From contig JAVKOQ020000066.1 of the NCBI GenBank assembly GCA_031835245.2, forward strand, positions 62,001 through 126,000: a stretch of 64,000 bases of DNA, read 5' to 3'. How positions within the stretch are numbered: the first letter of the stretch is position 1; the number at the start of each line of letters is the position of its first letter. This stretch comes from Balamuthia mandrillaris. Taxonomy: Eukaryota. Shown in pieces: positions 24,839 through 38,646 of the stretch. Both the position numbers and the translations under genes were made by a program. The notes below the pieces were generated by a model, which was given only the letters and a program-made list of their open reading frames with translations, did not search any database and was not told where the DNA came from.

Positions 24839-27800
24839 CACTCTGCATTAGCGACTAATGTTGGCAGAGCAGGGCACAAGAGGGATGTTTGGAGCAAGCA
24901 GCATTGCCGAAAAACACAAAAAGGCCGTCCTGCGAAACTACTTTGAGCTGAACGAAGCACTGGAGGAGGAAGATCAAAGCGCCTCGCTGGCAGCCACACA
25001 GCCATTGGAGGCGAGAGAACAGGCTGTCTGGCCTACTGCATTTGCATTGAGGGACGTGTTTCACTTAGAAGCGAGCAGGCCCACCACCACCATTCGCCTG
25101 CTGCAACAGCAACAACCAGGCGCTGCTGCCGCGAAGAAAGCAACAACACTGGCGGGAAGTAGCCTGTTGGAGGAAGTGGAAGTGTTGGAACCTGACAACA
25201 CTTCCACCAACTCAACCTCGCTGAGCCGTGCTCCCGGTCAGCTTACTGACTTTCATCGTGGCTCCTCTTCCAACTATCCGTTCATGCCTGGTTGGTAACG
25301 CCACTACTACATTATGTTGTTCTGAATGTTTTTAGCCGTAAGTGGAAACTTGAGCTCAACCGCCACCCGCTTTCTCGCACATAAAAAGGTGGTATACGAG
25401 AGCCCCATGAACATGTACAGCAAAGACCTCGCACAGATGCCTCTGCATTACTAGCTTTAGGTTTGTCGTACAATCATTTCGTTGTTTTTTTTTGTTGATG
25501 TAGGATGGGGTAAACACCCTAACCACGGTGCCTATAGATGGAAATAAGGAGGGATTGCATTGCATAGCTCCAGGGTTCCAACATGGATTATTTCTTTCGG
25601 ACGAGACTGCTGAGCTTATCAGTGCGAGTGAGAGACCACCCCACAACACAGTTATCATGGAGGCTGTTGATCAGGAAAAGCTCAAGCAGATCCCAACAGA
25701 GAAAGAGAAAGAGGGAGAGCCAAAAGACGAATTCGAAGAAAAAGAGGATGTTGCGGAGGATGAGCCAGTGACTCCCACTTTGCAACGTAGACCCAGCCTA
25801 GAGGATGTCCTTCTTACAGGATTGGAGCGTGGAACAGTTGGTCTTGCTCGCACTCTCAAAAAGAAGCAAGAGGAAGAAGTATGGGCTGTTATTGAGAACA
25901 TGGACGTGTCCAATTTTCACGAGCTTGTACCCGAAATGGCTTTAGAGGTAAGGCCATTTATTTTTGCTTTTGTTTGTTTTTTTTAACCTAACACTTTTGT
26001 TTGGTTTGTTGAATAGTATCCGTTCGACTTGGACATCTTTCAAAAGCAGGCTGTTTATCATTTGGAAAACAATGAAAGCGTATTTGTGGCAGCACATACT
26101 TCTGCAGGCAAAACAGTGGTAGCAGAATACGCCATCGCGCTAGCTGCGAAACACATGACCAGAACCATATACACGTCTCCCATTAAGGCCCTTTCTAACC
26201 AAAAGTTCAGGGACTTTCGCGAAACTTTTGGGGATGTGGGCTTGATCACTGGGGATGTATCCATACGACCCGAAGCGGCTTGCCTCATTGTTACTACTGA
26301 AATTCTACGTTCTATGCTATACAAAGGTGCTGACCTTATCCGTGACGTGGAGTGGGTCATCTTTGATGAAGTTCACTATGTTAACGACCTCGAGGTACGA
26401 ACTTTAGAGAGAGAGAGGAGGGAAGGAGGGAGAGAAGAGAAGAGAAGAGAAGAGAACAGGAGTACAGACACTTACCAACACTTAAATCGTTTAATGGCCT
26501 ACAGCGCGGAGTAGTATGGGAGGAAGTTATCATAATGTTGCCAGATCATGTAAATCTGATTTTGCTGTCAGCAACGGTACCCAACACGTTTGAGTTCGCT
26601 GATTGGATTGGGTAAATCCTTCTGTCTGTCTACCACATCAGCTCTATCGTTTTGCACGATGTATTTCATCCAGCCTCTAACTTTCTTCCTTTTTTTTAAA
26701 CAAACAGACGCACGAAAAAGAAAAATATATATGTGATATCTACTTCTAAAAGACCAGTCCCGTTGGAACATTACCTTTATGTCAACGATGAGCTGCATAA
26801 GATTGTTGACTCGAGAGGACGTTACATGAGCGAAGGGTTTGTAGCCTTCTTAAGAACACAAATTATGAGAGTTGCTGATGAAACATATACCACATAACAG
26901 TTATCAAGCAGCCCTGAACTCTATCAAAGAGCAACAAGCTAAGGAAGGACATCTTCCTAAACAGCAATTTGCTCTCACAAAGACAAGGCAACAGAGGTCA
27001 CGCTGGATGAGGATGATCAACATGCTGAAACAAAAGGCTCTGCTGCCGGTTGTGGTCTTTGCTTTCTCCAAAAAGCGATGCGAGGAACTGGCCTACAGTC
27101 TAACAACAGTGGATCTCACAACCGCTCAGGAAAAGCATTATACCCACATTTTCATGGAACAAAGCTTGTCTCGCCTAAAAGGAAGTGATAGACGATTACC
27201 CCAAGTCATGCGTATCAAGGATCTTCTCAAGAGAGGAATCGGTGTGCATCATGGAGGTCTCCTTCCCATTGTCAAAGAGGTTCAGTCTACTATCTCACTT
27301 TCTTTCTCTCTCCTCTCTCCCTCTCTCCCTCTACCTCTCTCCCGCTCGTACGTAGAGCAGCTGCAACTGTTTCTTAGGCCTGTTGCTTAAGATAAGTGCA
27401 CTCATTTCTTTTCATAGATGGTGGAGATTTTGTTCTCTCGTGGTAGAGTTAAAGTACTGTTTGCCACAGAGACCTTTGCGATGGGCGTAAACATGCCTGC
27501 TCGCACTGTGGTTTATGAAAATACTCGGAAGCACGATGGTAGAGCATTTCGCGACCTTTACCCAGGTAAGATGTGATCCAAACTTCGTTGCATCTCATGC
27601 TCTTATTGAATGTTTCATCCTACTTTCGATTATGCGAGTGCTCCGACTTAACCAACCAGTTTTCTAACTAAAATAAATAGGAGAGTACACTCAGATGAGT
27701 GGTCGCGCAGGTCGCAGAGGCTTGGACACGGTGGGCATTGTTATCATCAACATCAAGGATGATCAACTGCCAGAAAACAGCGATCTTCACAAAATGCTGC

Positions 27801-29643
27801 TGGGCAAACCTCAAGAGTTGGAGAGTCGCTTCCGTCTGACCTACACAATGATTTTAAATCTATTACGAGTGCAGGAGTTCAAGGTCGAGGACATGATGAA
27901 ACGCTCCTTTTCTGAGTTTAATACTCAGCGAACTGTTCCCCAACAAGAGAAAATGCTTCAGCAGGTATGGCTCTTTTTATGGTAATCTTATCGTTTTGCT
28001 CACCACGACCTTTTATTTTCTTCCTCTTTGTTGATGTATTCAGTGCGAGAAAGAAGTTATGGAGCTGCAAGGACAAAAGATGGAGGCCATCAACCGCAAT
28101 CCTGACATTGAAGAATACTTTGCAACTTGCAGAGAAAAGCAACACCTCGACGCAGAACTGCAGCGTATGGTGATGTCGTCAAGGCAGGCCATACAAACCC
28201 TGACGACAGGACGGGTTGTTAGGGTGAAAACACCCTCATCGCCGCAAAATGGCTGCTTGGCTGTAATTCTGAAGAGCCTGGCCAAGAACACCTATTTTAC
28301 CGACTCGTTTGCAGGTGATGGCAAAGAAGATAGACAGTTCCACGCCGTTGTGCTCGAAAACAAGGGCACGGCCTCTGTTTCAAAGATAGATACCTCTGAC
28401 ATCACTGAGTTATATTCTATGCGCTTGAAAGATGTAGATCCTTCTAGATTCATCCCTTTCACAGGTTATTATTGTTACACCTCCTTCTTGCCTTGCTTCT
28501 TCAACCTTCGTTCTTCGTTCTCCGTTCTCCGTTGTTGTTGACCGTTGGTTGTTCTTGTTCTTCTTCCTTTATGCATGTCTGATATTGGTACCCTATTTCA
28601 GATCAAAATGCGCTCCGTACTTTAGCGCAACAGCTGGGTAAACTACAAGGCGGCAAAGGCGGCAAAGGCGGACGACTGGAGGTATTACATCCCATCAAAG
28701 ACCTCAAGATCAATGACTTTGAATTTGTGGACTTTTACACACGCCGTGAGTCTATTGCTGAACGGGTGGAACGCTTCGATTGTCGCCGTAGCCCCACCTT
28801 AAAACAAGATGTATACGCTATTTACTCTGTTCCTTTCTTCTTCTGTTGCTAACTTAGCCTGCTCTCCCAATACATACTTCTCTCCTGTATTTCAGTATGC
28901 TGTATTGGAAAGGGAGGACGAATTGATACACCAGATACAAAAGGCCAGATTAGCTCTCTCAAACGAAAGCTTGCACTTGATGCCTGAGTTCCAGCAAAGG
29001 ATAGCTGTGCTTGGCACCCTTTATTACATCGATCATAACAACACAGTACTTTTGAAGGGCCGAGTAGCGCGAGAGGTACACCCTTTGGCTCGTTCAGTGA
29101 CAAGTCTTTTTGCTGATGTTTTTTTGGACTTCTAGCTGAACACTGTACGAGATGAGTTGATTGCGACGGAACTGATTTTTAACAACACCCTCACGGATTT
29201 GCCGCCGGAGGCCATTGTTGCTCTCCTCTCTGCGCTCATCTTCGAGTTAAAGACCGAAGTGGAGTTAAAGCTGCCAGAAATGCTCGTCCAGGTTTGCCCC
29301 TCCAGTTGACCAAACAAAACAAAAACAAAATGGTAGTTCTCATTCATGCTTTTTACACAAAAAAAGGCGCGAAAAGAAATGGAAGATTTGGCGGAACATC
29401 TCCTCCTCATTCAACAGGTGCGTGAAACGTTTCGTATTTCTCCTCTTTTTAAAACCACACACATTCTCCACGGGTTCGCTCAGAGTGTGTGGTCTGCTAA
29501 AACATTCATTGTGTGGGATTGCTCACCTGTTATGTTGAATCTATCAGGAGTGCGGACTAGTGTTAGATCCACGCGACTATCTTAAGAACCTTAATTTCGG
29601 TCTTATGGAGGTTGTCTTTGAATGGGCTCGCGGAATGGTACTT

Positions 29644-29682
<39 letters not shown>

Positions 29683-29927
29683 TCTCTCTCAAAAATACTA
29701 AACGAATGGCATCACATCAATAGCCGTTTGCGGACATTTGCAAGCTAACAGACGTGCCGGAGGGAAGCGTTGTAAGGTCAATAGTGAGGTTAGACGAGAC
29801 TTGCAGAGAAGTAAGGAATGCAGCCCGCATTATAGGCAATTCAGTGCTGTACGCCAAGATGGAGAAAGCCTCTGCCATGATCAAGAGGGACATCGTGTTT
29901 GCCAGTAGTCTTTACTATGACAAGTAA
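24563..29927 (+). CDS. SKI2: Ski2 DExH RNA helicase (SKIV2L) (multi-exon)
   Basis: [55 protein letters not shown]-terminal [12 protein letters not shown]; long Ski2-type N-terminus. Confidence 0.93.
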
Positions 29928-30042
29928 ATATCAGACCAATTGAATGATCCATCTTATCTATCTACACGAGAAGGCACAATAACATATGGCTTATAAATAT
30001 TAATGGCACGACCGAGTTTGTTGCAGACGCTTCTTGTTCTGT

Positions 30043-30812
30043 CTAGGAGGTTGCCTCCTTCTCTGCTTGTTGCTGTTTTTCCACTTTTTCATCAACCTTC
30101 TTCAACTGTTGCAAGTTTAGGCGTTCTAACTCATCTCCTTCCACTGCGACTACCCCTGTTACCTCTGTTTTTATGCAGTTGCGAGCCATTCGTTAGGATA
30201 ATGAGCAAAGAGATGGGAGGGAGGGTAGCGTAAAGGTGAAAGAGCAAACAAACCAGAGACCCAATGCATGAGCATTCTCTCAATGCCGCTTTTGAGGGTA
30301 ACGGAGGAACTGGGACATCCGGAGCAAGAGCCCTGCATTTCCAAGTATACCACGCCAGACTCCTCATCAAAGGAGTGGAAGCGTATATCACCACCATCCT
30401 CCTGAACGGCAGGCCGAATCCGGGTCTCCAGTATTTCCTTGATCATGGCTACCGTCTCCGAGTCTCCCGGTTGTATTTGGTTGGGAGCCTCCTCCGCTGC
30501 GGCTTCGTCTAACAACAAAGGTTGGCCACTTTGGTAAAAGTCCATTATCTCCGCAAAGACCAAGGTTTTGAGGTCACGCCAGTCCTCATTCTCGTTCTTC
30601 GTCACAGCGATGAAGTCGGGGCTAAAGAAAACCCTCTTTATCCCTGGTATCCCGAAGAGCGCCTTTGCCAGTGGTGACTTCATGGAGGCGCGTGCATCAG
30701 GAAAGTCCATTGTGGTGCCTTCTTCCATCACTTTCTCTCCTGGAAGGAACTTAATGCTATCGGGGTTTGGTGTTGTCTCTGTCTTTATAAACATTGTCCT
30801 TCTCGCTAGCAA

Positions 30813-30872
<60 letters not shown>

Positions 30873-31191
30873 ACGCCTGCATCCGTTAAACAACCAACAA
30901 AAAGCACGTACGTGTGTGAGGGGAAGCTCCTCCGATCAAAGTGGTGTGGGAGCAGGCTCCCAACTGTCGCGCAGTTGTTTGGAACAACGGCCGGTTTGGC
31001 AGCCTCCTCATCAGAGCAGCAGTGCTACGTGCATAAGTCCGAGCGTGGTGGTGGCAGTGCTGGAGTGAGGTAGTGGATCGTCCCGATGCTGTCCCTCCGT
31101 GAGAGAGGGAAGGTCGGCCTAGTGCCCTCCAAAAAGAAGCAGGCCTCCCAGAGGAGAAAGCAGCAGCGGGTTGCGCGGAGAAGAGCTTCAT
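30043..31191 (-). CDS. NFU1: Mitochondrial Fe-S carrier NFU1 (3 exons)
   Basis: Basic presequence, [45 protein letters not shown]. Confidence 0.93.
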
Positions 31192-31568
31192 GCCAGTTGT
31201 GCAAAGAAACAACAACAACGACAACAATACAAAAGGCCACCACCACCAGCGCCGCCACCTGCTGCTGCTGCTGTAATCTTCTTCTTTGTGGTTTGGGAAA
31301 AAACGTCGACAGGAAATTCAACATGAGGGGTGGTCCATGGGGCATTCCCCACAAATTTTTGGCGACAGGGGGGGGGGAGGAACGTTAGCACAGCAGCAGC
31401 AGCATAAAGCAGGCCACCGAGGAGGAGGAGAAGGTGAGGAAGCAGTCCGCAAAGGCAAGGCAAGGCAAGGCAAGGGGAAGCGGGGCTGCTCAACTACTAC
31501 TACTACTACTTATAGCTAGCCCTCAAGTGATACGCGCACATCAGAACACAGGAGAGACAGAACAACCA

Positions 31569-33193
31569 ATGCTGCAACACTTGCATGGGAGCGGTTCAGG
31601 CACCATCCGCACGGACGTGGAGAATTGGTTGAACACCAAGCTGGAGGGGCCTTGGAGCTCTGAAAAGATCTCCTCTTCTCTAACGGCTCCCGTGTTGGAG
31701 TCCATACGTGCTCGTTTCGAGCTGCTGGATACGCCCATTAAGCTCAGAGTGCTTTTTTCTTTTGCCACCCTATCCAAACGAGCACAACAGGAGCTTCAAC
31801 CAGAAATCGACAAACTCATAGAGAGAGGGGAGCGAGATGAGGACGAATGGGTCCAAGTCATCTCTCAGATGTTTGCTTCACTCTACCAAGTTCAAGACAC
31901 CAACGTTACAACCGCTCTCAGTTCTATTCAAAACGAACACTTTCAACAAATCTACTCTCACTTTCAGCAAGCAAGTACGTTCTCTCATTTCTCTTGCATC
32001 CACTTCTCTCGGTGCTTTGTTGCCTATTCTCTTCTTTAGTCTCGGCTCTCTTTGTGAGAGGGTAAGTAACTCGCATTTCGCAGTCAAACAGCACGACCGC
32101 AAAAATGGAGAAAAAACGGCAGAGGAAGACGATACCACAAGGAAAGCGCGGTTTAGTCCTCTGGAGTACATGTACTTGAACCCTTCGATTCTGCCTACTA
32201 ATCTTGTCGTGAGCGAGGAAGGCTCTCACTCGCACTTCACCCTTAAAACCAAGCTGGAGGAACCCTCTCTCCCTTCTGCTCCAAAGCGGCAACAAACACC
32301 TCTTGACAGCGGTTGGTCTTTCTCCTGTTGTTGTTCTTTCCCTCTTGTTCTCCTTGTCCTTGTTCTTCTTTTTTTCTTCATCCACATGCTTGTGCTTGTG
32401 CTTCTCTGTTCCATTTCTTCTTCCATCTTTCAAAGTGAGCTAACAGAAAAATAGGTCCTCAAGTTGCACCACAATCACCAACGTTGGCATCCACACCAGA
32501 AAAAGTCAAACCACCAACACTAAGCAAGTCCACCAGTAGTGGACTATTACAGAGAGGGGGAGCACACAATGCACGTAAGAGAATGGCACCTTTTTCAGCT
32601 GCACATTCCTCTCTCAGTCGCAGCTTCGAGGGCGGCATAGGCCGGGGCTTCGAGCAAAAAAAGAAATTACGGGTTCTTGATATCAAAGAAGTACAAGACC
32701 TGAACAAGCAAGAGCAAGAGCAAAATACCCGGAAAAAGCGCAGCACAGAGCAAGAGGTTGCCAAAGAACGGAGAAAGAAAGAGCGTTCAGAGGCTGCAGA
32801 GCAAAAGAGATTGGAGAAAGAAGAAAAGCGAAAGCAACGATTGGAGAAGCAGGCCATGCAAAAGCAGCTCAAAGAAGAACAGAAAGAAGGTACCTTATCT
32901 TCGGACTTTCCAATTCTGGTTGTTCTTGTCTTATGACTCGCTACTTGTTGCTACTCCAGCCAAAAAGAAAGCGAGATTGGAGAAGCAAGCTGCAAAGGCA
33001 AAGAAAGCCCCAATATCTTTTTCAAAACCCACTGTCCCTATGCGTGCGTTCTTTCTTTCCATGCTAATTTTTTTTACCTCCTCATTCCCTGACACACTCT
33101 CTCCTGCTTTACATAGAGGAAAGCAAAGTACGAACCAATTCCACGCTTTTAACATATCTCCACCAAGCGGCAATTTTACTGCTTTGGCTCTCT

Positions 33194-33232
<39 letters not shown>

Positions 33233-34166
33233 CTATTTACGTAATGTGCTGCAATTGGAAATAGGTAAGCATGGAGACAGGAGGGGCAGCCACTCTAGGG
33301 ACTGGTGCTGGCACTCCAGGTATCTCTTTTGTGCTCATAATTACTGCATCCCTGGCTTTGATGGCGTTGCATTGTATCTTATTTATGCTATTCTCAAAGC
33401 GCCAGAACTTGGTTCAAACGCCATCACGGTTGGACAGCGGGAAGAACAACAACACAGGCCACAAGGAGGGGCCGAACCAATACAACCTTTGTCCACTTCT
33501 ATACCCTCTGCGTTAGGAGGACCACTATCACCGTCGCTTCCGCCAAGTGGGATGGGAGGTGTGGAGGGAAGTGGTGCAAGTGGCAGGTCCCTTCCCTCTC
33601 AGATGACCCCTGCTGAGCTACTTGCCGCCAAAACAACACCAGGTGGCAGCATTCAAGCCTCCTCTCTTCTCTCTCAAGTCCTACTTCCTCAAAACACGTT
33701 ATCCTTTGCCCCATCGCCGTCAGCACAGCAACAGCGACAACACCTTTCATCGTCACCATCATCAACAGGAGCAATCCCCTCTTCTCACACATCGGCAGCC
33801 GCTGCCACCAAACTATCAACCGCGCCACCAGCAGGAGGAACACCCTCCGGGGCAGCAGCCGCTACTACCAATACCAGCAATCTGCCCACCAACCTCTTTG
33901 ATCAGGCCAACAGCCTGACCCCCGAGAATAAGCAAGTATTGCTAGCTTTTCTCTCTGGACAAGTTTTACAGCAGCAGCAGCACTCAGCGGCAGCCCTACA
34001 AGCCAACCCTATCAAACAAATCCTTCTCAATGAGGAGGAAAAGCAAGACAATGGCACGCCGTACCTTGAACAAATCATCTTTGAGATAAACTACCAGACG
34101 GGGTCCTGGCGAAAGCTTCGTCGCAAAAAAATACTGGTCAACCCCACCTCCTCTGCTACCAAATAA
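31569..34166 (+). CDS. NELFA: Negative elongation factor A-like (multi-exon)
   Basis: N-terminal WLNTKL..WSSEKISSSLTAPVLESIRARF...IKLRVLFS...DEDEWV; FSPLEYMYLN; HFTLK; C-terminal NKQVLLAFLSG...IFEINYQTGSWRK match recalled NELF-A conserved blocks. Confidence 0.8.
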
Positions 34167-34528
34167 ACTTAGTGCCACTTGACTTGGTATTTAACTGTAG
34201 GCTGCCCATTCCTTTCCTCTTCTGGTTCTTCTGGGGGCACGTATATATAACGACCGTTAAACCTTCCTCTGCAGCACCTATGCACATTCATCCGTTCATG
34301 TTATGTGAATGGATCCCATCAGCAAGGAATGTATTCCAATCGGCATGCCTGCGTTCCATGCAGTCTTGATCAGATCATTATTACTGCTGACGTCAGTTGC
34401 TAAGATTTGATCTGAAGAAAGAAGAAAGAATTCCTCCGTCGACGTCCCTTCTAGGACAAGAAAAGGGAACAAGAACAGCTCCGCAAGCAAGCAAGCAGGC
34501 CTTTCTTTTTTGTGTCTGCCAGGGAGGA

Positions 34529-37500
34529 ATGAAATACGGATACAGAGTAAGTTTTTTTTCTGGTGGATACCCATCCGTGTTGTTGTGACTGCAGCCTAAC
34601 TCTATCTATGCAGTTTTCTAATTTGTGTGGCAGCCTTTACCGGCAGGGAACACTGATTTTTACTCCTGACGGCAACGCGCTGCTTAGTCCGGTTGGCAAC
34701 CGTATCACTCACATTGATCTTATCAAGTACTTGCGATAACCCTCTCCCACCCTCCTGTTTCTCCGTCTTCCTGTTCCTGACTGCGCTGCTCTCTTGCTTG
34801 CTACACAGCCACACCTCTGTTACTTTGCCTTTTGAGAACCGAAAGCATATAAAGTGTCTAGCGCTCTCTCCCGACGCTACTATTCTTCTCTCTATCGATA
34901 TCGGTGTGTACACAAAACTCTTTTTTCTTCCCTACCCAACTCCTGTACTTCTCTCTCTCTTCCTCTCTCTCTCTCTCTCCACTGTTCGCGGTTTCTGCAT
35001 TTCTAACGCCAAGGCCCACAACAGAGGGCCATGCATTGCTCGTCAACTTTCAAAGGAAAGTGGTACTCTCCCGCTTCCACTTCAAAGCACCTGTGCGTTG
35101 CGTGAAATTTAGCCCTGATGGACGGTACTTTGTCTTTCTGGTTGAAGTTCCTGTGCTGGTTTTGTTTCTGTTTCTGTTTCTGTTTCTGTTTCTGTTTCTG
35201 TTTCTATTTTTGTCGTTTGTTGAAGTTCTTTCATTCTTCATTCAGATACTTTGCGGTTAGCCATGGAGCCAAAATGCAGGTGTGGCGTACGCCTGCTCCA
35301 CATAAAGAATTTGCCCCTTTCGTCCTGCATAGGACCTACACTGGCCATCACGACGACGTCGTAAGCTTGGATTGGTCTCCTGATTCGAAGTAGTGCTTCT
35401 CGCTTTCTTGTCTTGTTGTTGAATCGTACTTAATCATCAATGGCAGGTTCCTATTGACAGGCTCAAGAGACATGACTTCTCGCTTATACTCGCTGAATCC
35501 CATTGCTGGCTTCATTCCAATTACTTTGACTGGCCATCGCGACTCTGTTATTGCTTGTTTTTTTGCCAAAAGCCAGCAAGTCGTAAGTATATCATGGAGA
35601 GGAGAGGACAGGAGAGGAGAGCAGAGGAGAGCAGAAGAGCAGAACAGAGCAGAGGAGAGGAGAGAGGCAGGAATGGGATAGTTCTCTCTAAAAGTGCCGA
35701 CCTAACCTTACTTGCTCTAGATTTACACGGTATCCAGGGATGGCGCTCTGTTCGTGTGGAATTGGCAACCCTTGTCGGATAAGGAGACAAGTGGTGATGA
35801 AGAATCAAGGATGGCTGTTGTACCTGCTCCCGCTGGTGCAATCCCCTTATCGGCAGAGGGCCGTTGGACTCTGAAGCATAAACACTATTTTAAGCAAAAT
35901 AAGGTGCTCTGTGCCTCATTGCACCAGCTGACGGAGCTGCTGGTGGTTGGCTTCTCGGACGGAGTATTTGGGCTCTATGACATTCAAACGGCGGCTGCAG
36001 GAGGTCTAGGAGGAGCAGAAACGGGGCAGGTAGCCACCCTCCATACGCTCAGCATTTCCCAACAACAGGTCGAGTCAGCGGTGGTGAATGCGACAGGGGA
36101 GTGGCTGGCGTTCGGATGCGCAGCGCAGGGACAACTGTTGGTATGGGAGTGGAAGTCAGAAACCTACGTGCTGAAGCAACAAGGTCACGCCCAAGATATG
36201 AGTTGCCTGGCTTATTCACCAGACGGACAGCTGGTGGCCACCGGGGATGACTACGGGAAAGTAAAATTGTGGAACATGAGCACTGGGTTCTGCTTTGTCA
36301 CGTTTACAGACCACACAGCTCCCATTACCGGCATTGCGTTTTCACCGCAGGGACACTCCGTATTTACCAGCAGTTTGGATGGCACTGTCCGTGCGTTTGA
36401 CCTCATCCGCTACAGAAACTTCCGCACATTCCAGCCCCCGCAATCCACACAGCTTTCCTGTCTTGCCCTGGATCCCAGTGGAGAAATTGTCTGTGCTGGA
36501 GCTCTTGACAGCTTTGAGATTTTCATCTGGTCTGTGCAAACAACGCGCCTTTTGGACGTATTGGGTGGCCATGAGGCCCCTGTCTCTGCTCTAGCCTTTG
36601 ACCCTCTCTCTTCTCTTCTTGCCTCTGCCTCGTGGGACAAAACCGTCCGCCTTTGGGACATCTTTTCCCGCAAGACACATACCGAACAGCTTCCCCACAA
36701 CTCTGATGTGTTGGCTGTTGCCTTCCGCCCCGATGGCAAACAACTCGTCTCTGCTTCTCTCGATGGTTTATTGCATTTCTGGGAGCCCAGCAGTGGGTAT
36801 GCTCTCCTCTTGTTCGCTTTCAACTAGTTTCTTCTCTAATGTGACACATGGTCATCTACCCCATTCATGAAAGGACGCATCTATGCACCATAGAAGGGCG
36901 CAAAGACATTATGGGCGGCCGTTCGGTGACTGACCGTCGCACCGCCAAGACGTCTCCTGCTGACAAATACTTTACGAGGCATTTACATTTTTCGCGTTGT
37001 TTTTTTGTTTTCATTTGGCTTGTGTTTGATATTTGCTAAAATACCCATGCTATAGTGTTTGTTACTCTGCAGATGGGGAATGCGTGCTGGCTGGGGGTAA
37101 CAGCAAATACATTTGCATCTACCAAGTGGCTCAGCGTCTCCTACTGAAAAAGTTCCAGATAAGCAACAACCTTTCACTGGATGGCGTATTGAATTTTTTA
37201 AACAGCAAAGCAATGACAGCCGGAGGGCCGATGGAGCTTATTGACGATGATCCTGATACAGACGACTACACCTATTATGAGCATCGCACCAATGCAGCTT
37301 TGCCTGGCGTCCAAAAGGGCTCTCTTGCCTTGTCTTCCCAGCGTTCCACTCTTCAAAAGATAAGGTGGGTTTATTACTTTTGTGTTGGTGCTCTCTGTCA
37401 TATACCTTTTTTATTCATCCATAATTATGTCGATATCAGAACCAAGTCGGTCATGTTCTCACCAACTGGTCGTACATGGTCTGCCATCACAACTGAAGGC

Positions 37501-38184
37501 TTGTTGGTATACTCTTTGGACGAAACACTTGTCTTCGATCCATTCCAACTTGATATTGATATCACGCCGAAGTCCATTGCCAAAACACTAAAAGCTAAGC
37601 AATACCTAAAGGCTTTATTGGTTAGACTCCATTTCTGCTTTTCTTATGTGTGTAGAGCAGATTAACGCTGACAGCAACTGTTCCTCATCATGTAGATGAG
37701 CTTCCGGTTAAATGAACAAAGCATAATCTCTTCTGTATTCCACAGCATTCCTTACGACAACATCCAGTTGATAGTATCTGAGTTACCTCCCGTGCACCTA
37801 CATCGATTTCTCGCCTTTTTGGGTAGTACCATGCCTGACAGCCCACACATAGAGTTCTTCCTCTTGTGGACATTGCATTTATTTAATGTTCATGGGAGGT
37901 ATTTGAAGGATCATTCCTCTACCTTTGCGAGTGTACTTCGAAGTTTGCAAAAGGCCATATCTTCCCACTATGAGCCCTTATCCAAAATGTAACTTCCCTC
38001 CCTCTCCCTGCCCCTCCTTCACTGATACTTATTTTTCTTTGGCATTAGATGTGAGGACAACACCTACTCCTTGCAGTACGTAGGGCTAATGGCCACCCAA
38101 CGTTCTCATTCAAGTCCCATCCCATCCTCTGCCAGCAAACGGAAAATGCCTATGACTGAAAGTGATGAAGATGACTTGCCATAA
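34529..38184 (+). CDS. PWP2: WD40 SSU processome protein PWP2/UTP1 (multi-exon)
   Basis: MKYGYR|FSNLCGSLYRQG, LSPVGNRI, GQLLVWEWKSETYVLKQQGH, DGTVRAFDLIRYRNFRTF, FDPFQLDIDITP. Confidence 0.95.
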
Positions 38185-38527
38185 ATGTGCTTACTTCTGT
38201 AGGCCCTCTCGTTCTCTCTGTCATTTGAACAATGAGTACTTCTTTGTTTATGATCTCTCCTTTCCTCTTTTCTACTAGATGAGAAGATGTGGATATAGAA
38301 GACCTGCTGGCATCTTTTGGCTTCTCTGTGCTGCTTTGATCCAATGCAGTGCTGTAAGAGTAGAATTTCCACACAGAGAAAACACCTAAACATGTAACAA
38401 GAATGGTGGTAACATAAGAGAAGGCCAAAAAAACGTTTGCATGGCGCCATTGATGGGGAATCCCATTTTGTGTTGGTTTTGCTACTCCTCTTCTGTTGCT
38501 ACTGTGACGCAGCGGAGATGCTGGCAT
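38150..38527 (-). CDS. Possible small single-pass membrane protein
   Basis: 125-aa ATG ORF with one hydrophobic segment (VFLAFSYVTTILVTCLGVFSVW), fills the PWP2-P450 gap; no recognisable homology. Confidence 0.3.
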   Translation of the reverse strand: MPASPLRHSSNRRGVAKPTQNGIPHQWRHANVFLAFSYVTTILVTCLGVFSVWKFYSYSTALDQSSTEKPKDASRSSISTSSHLVEKRKGEIINKEVLIVQMTERTRGPTEVSTFMASHLHHFQS

Positions 38528-38646
38528 CGGGAGCTCTTGCGTTTACTCGTGGATGCGTATTAAAATGTCCACAAAAAAACCGGTAAGCCAAAGAAGTAAG
38601 CCAGGCCGCTTCTCTGCCACAGGCAAAGCCGCTGTTCTTGCTTCAA

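Noticed and set aside
25299..25538. Apparent frameshift or in-frame stop in the SKI2 N-terminal region
   Set aside because: Resolved by a small internal exon and the acceptor at cctatag (25538) with a CTAAC branch site; the frame is intact
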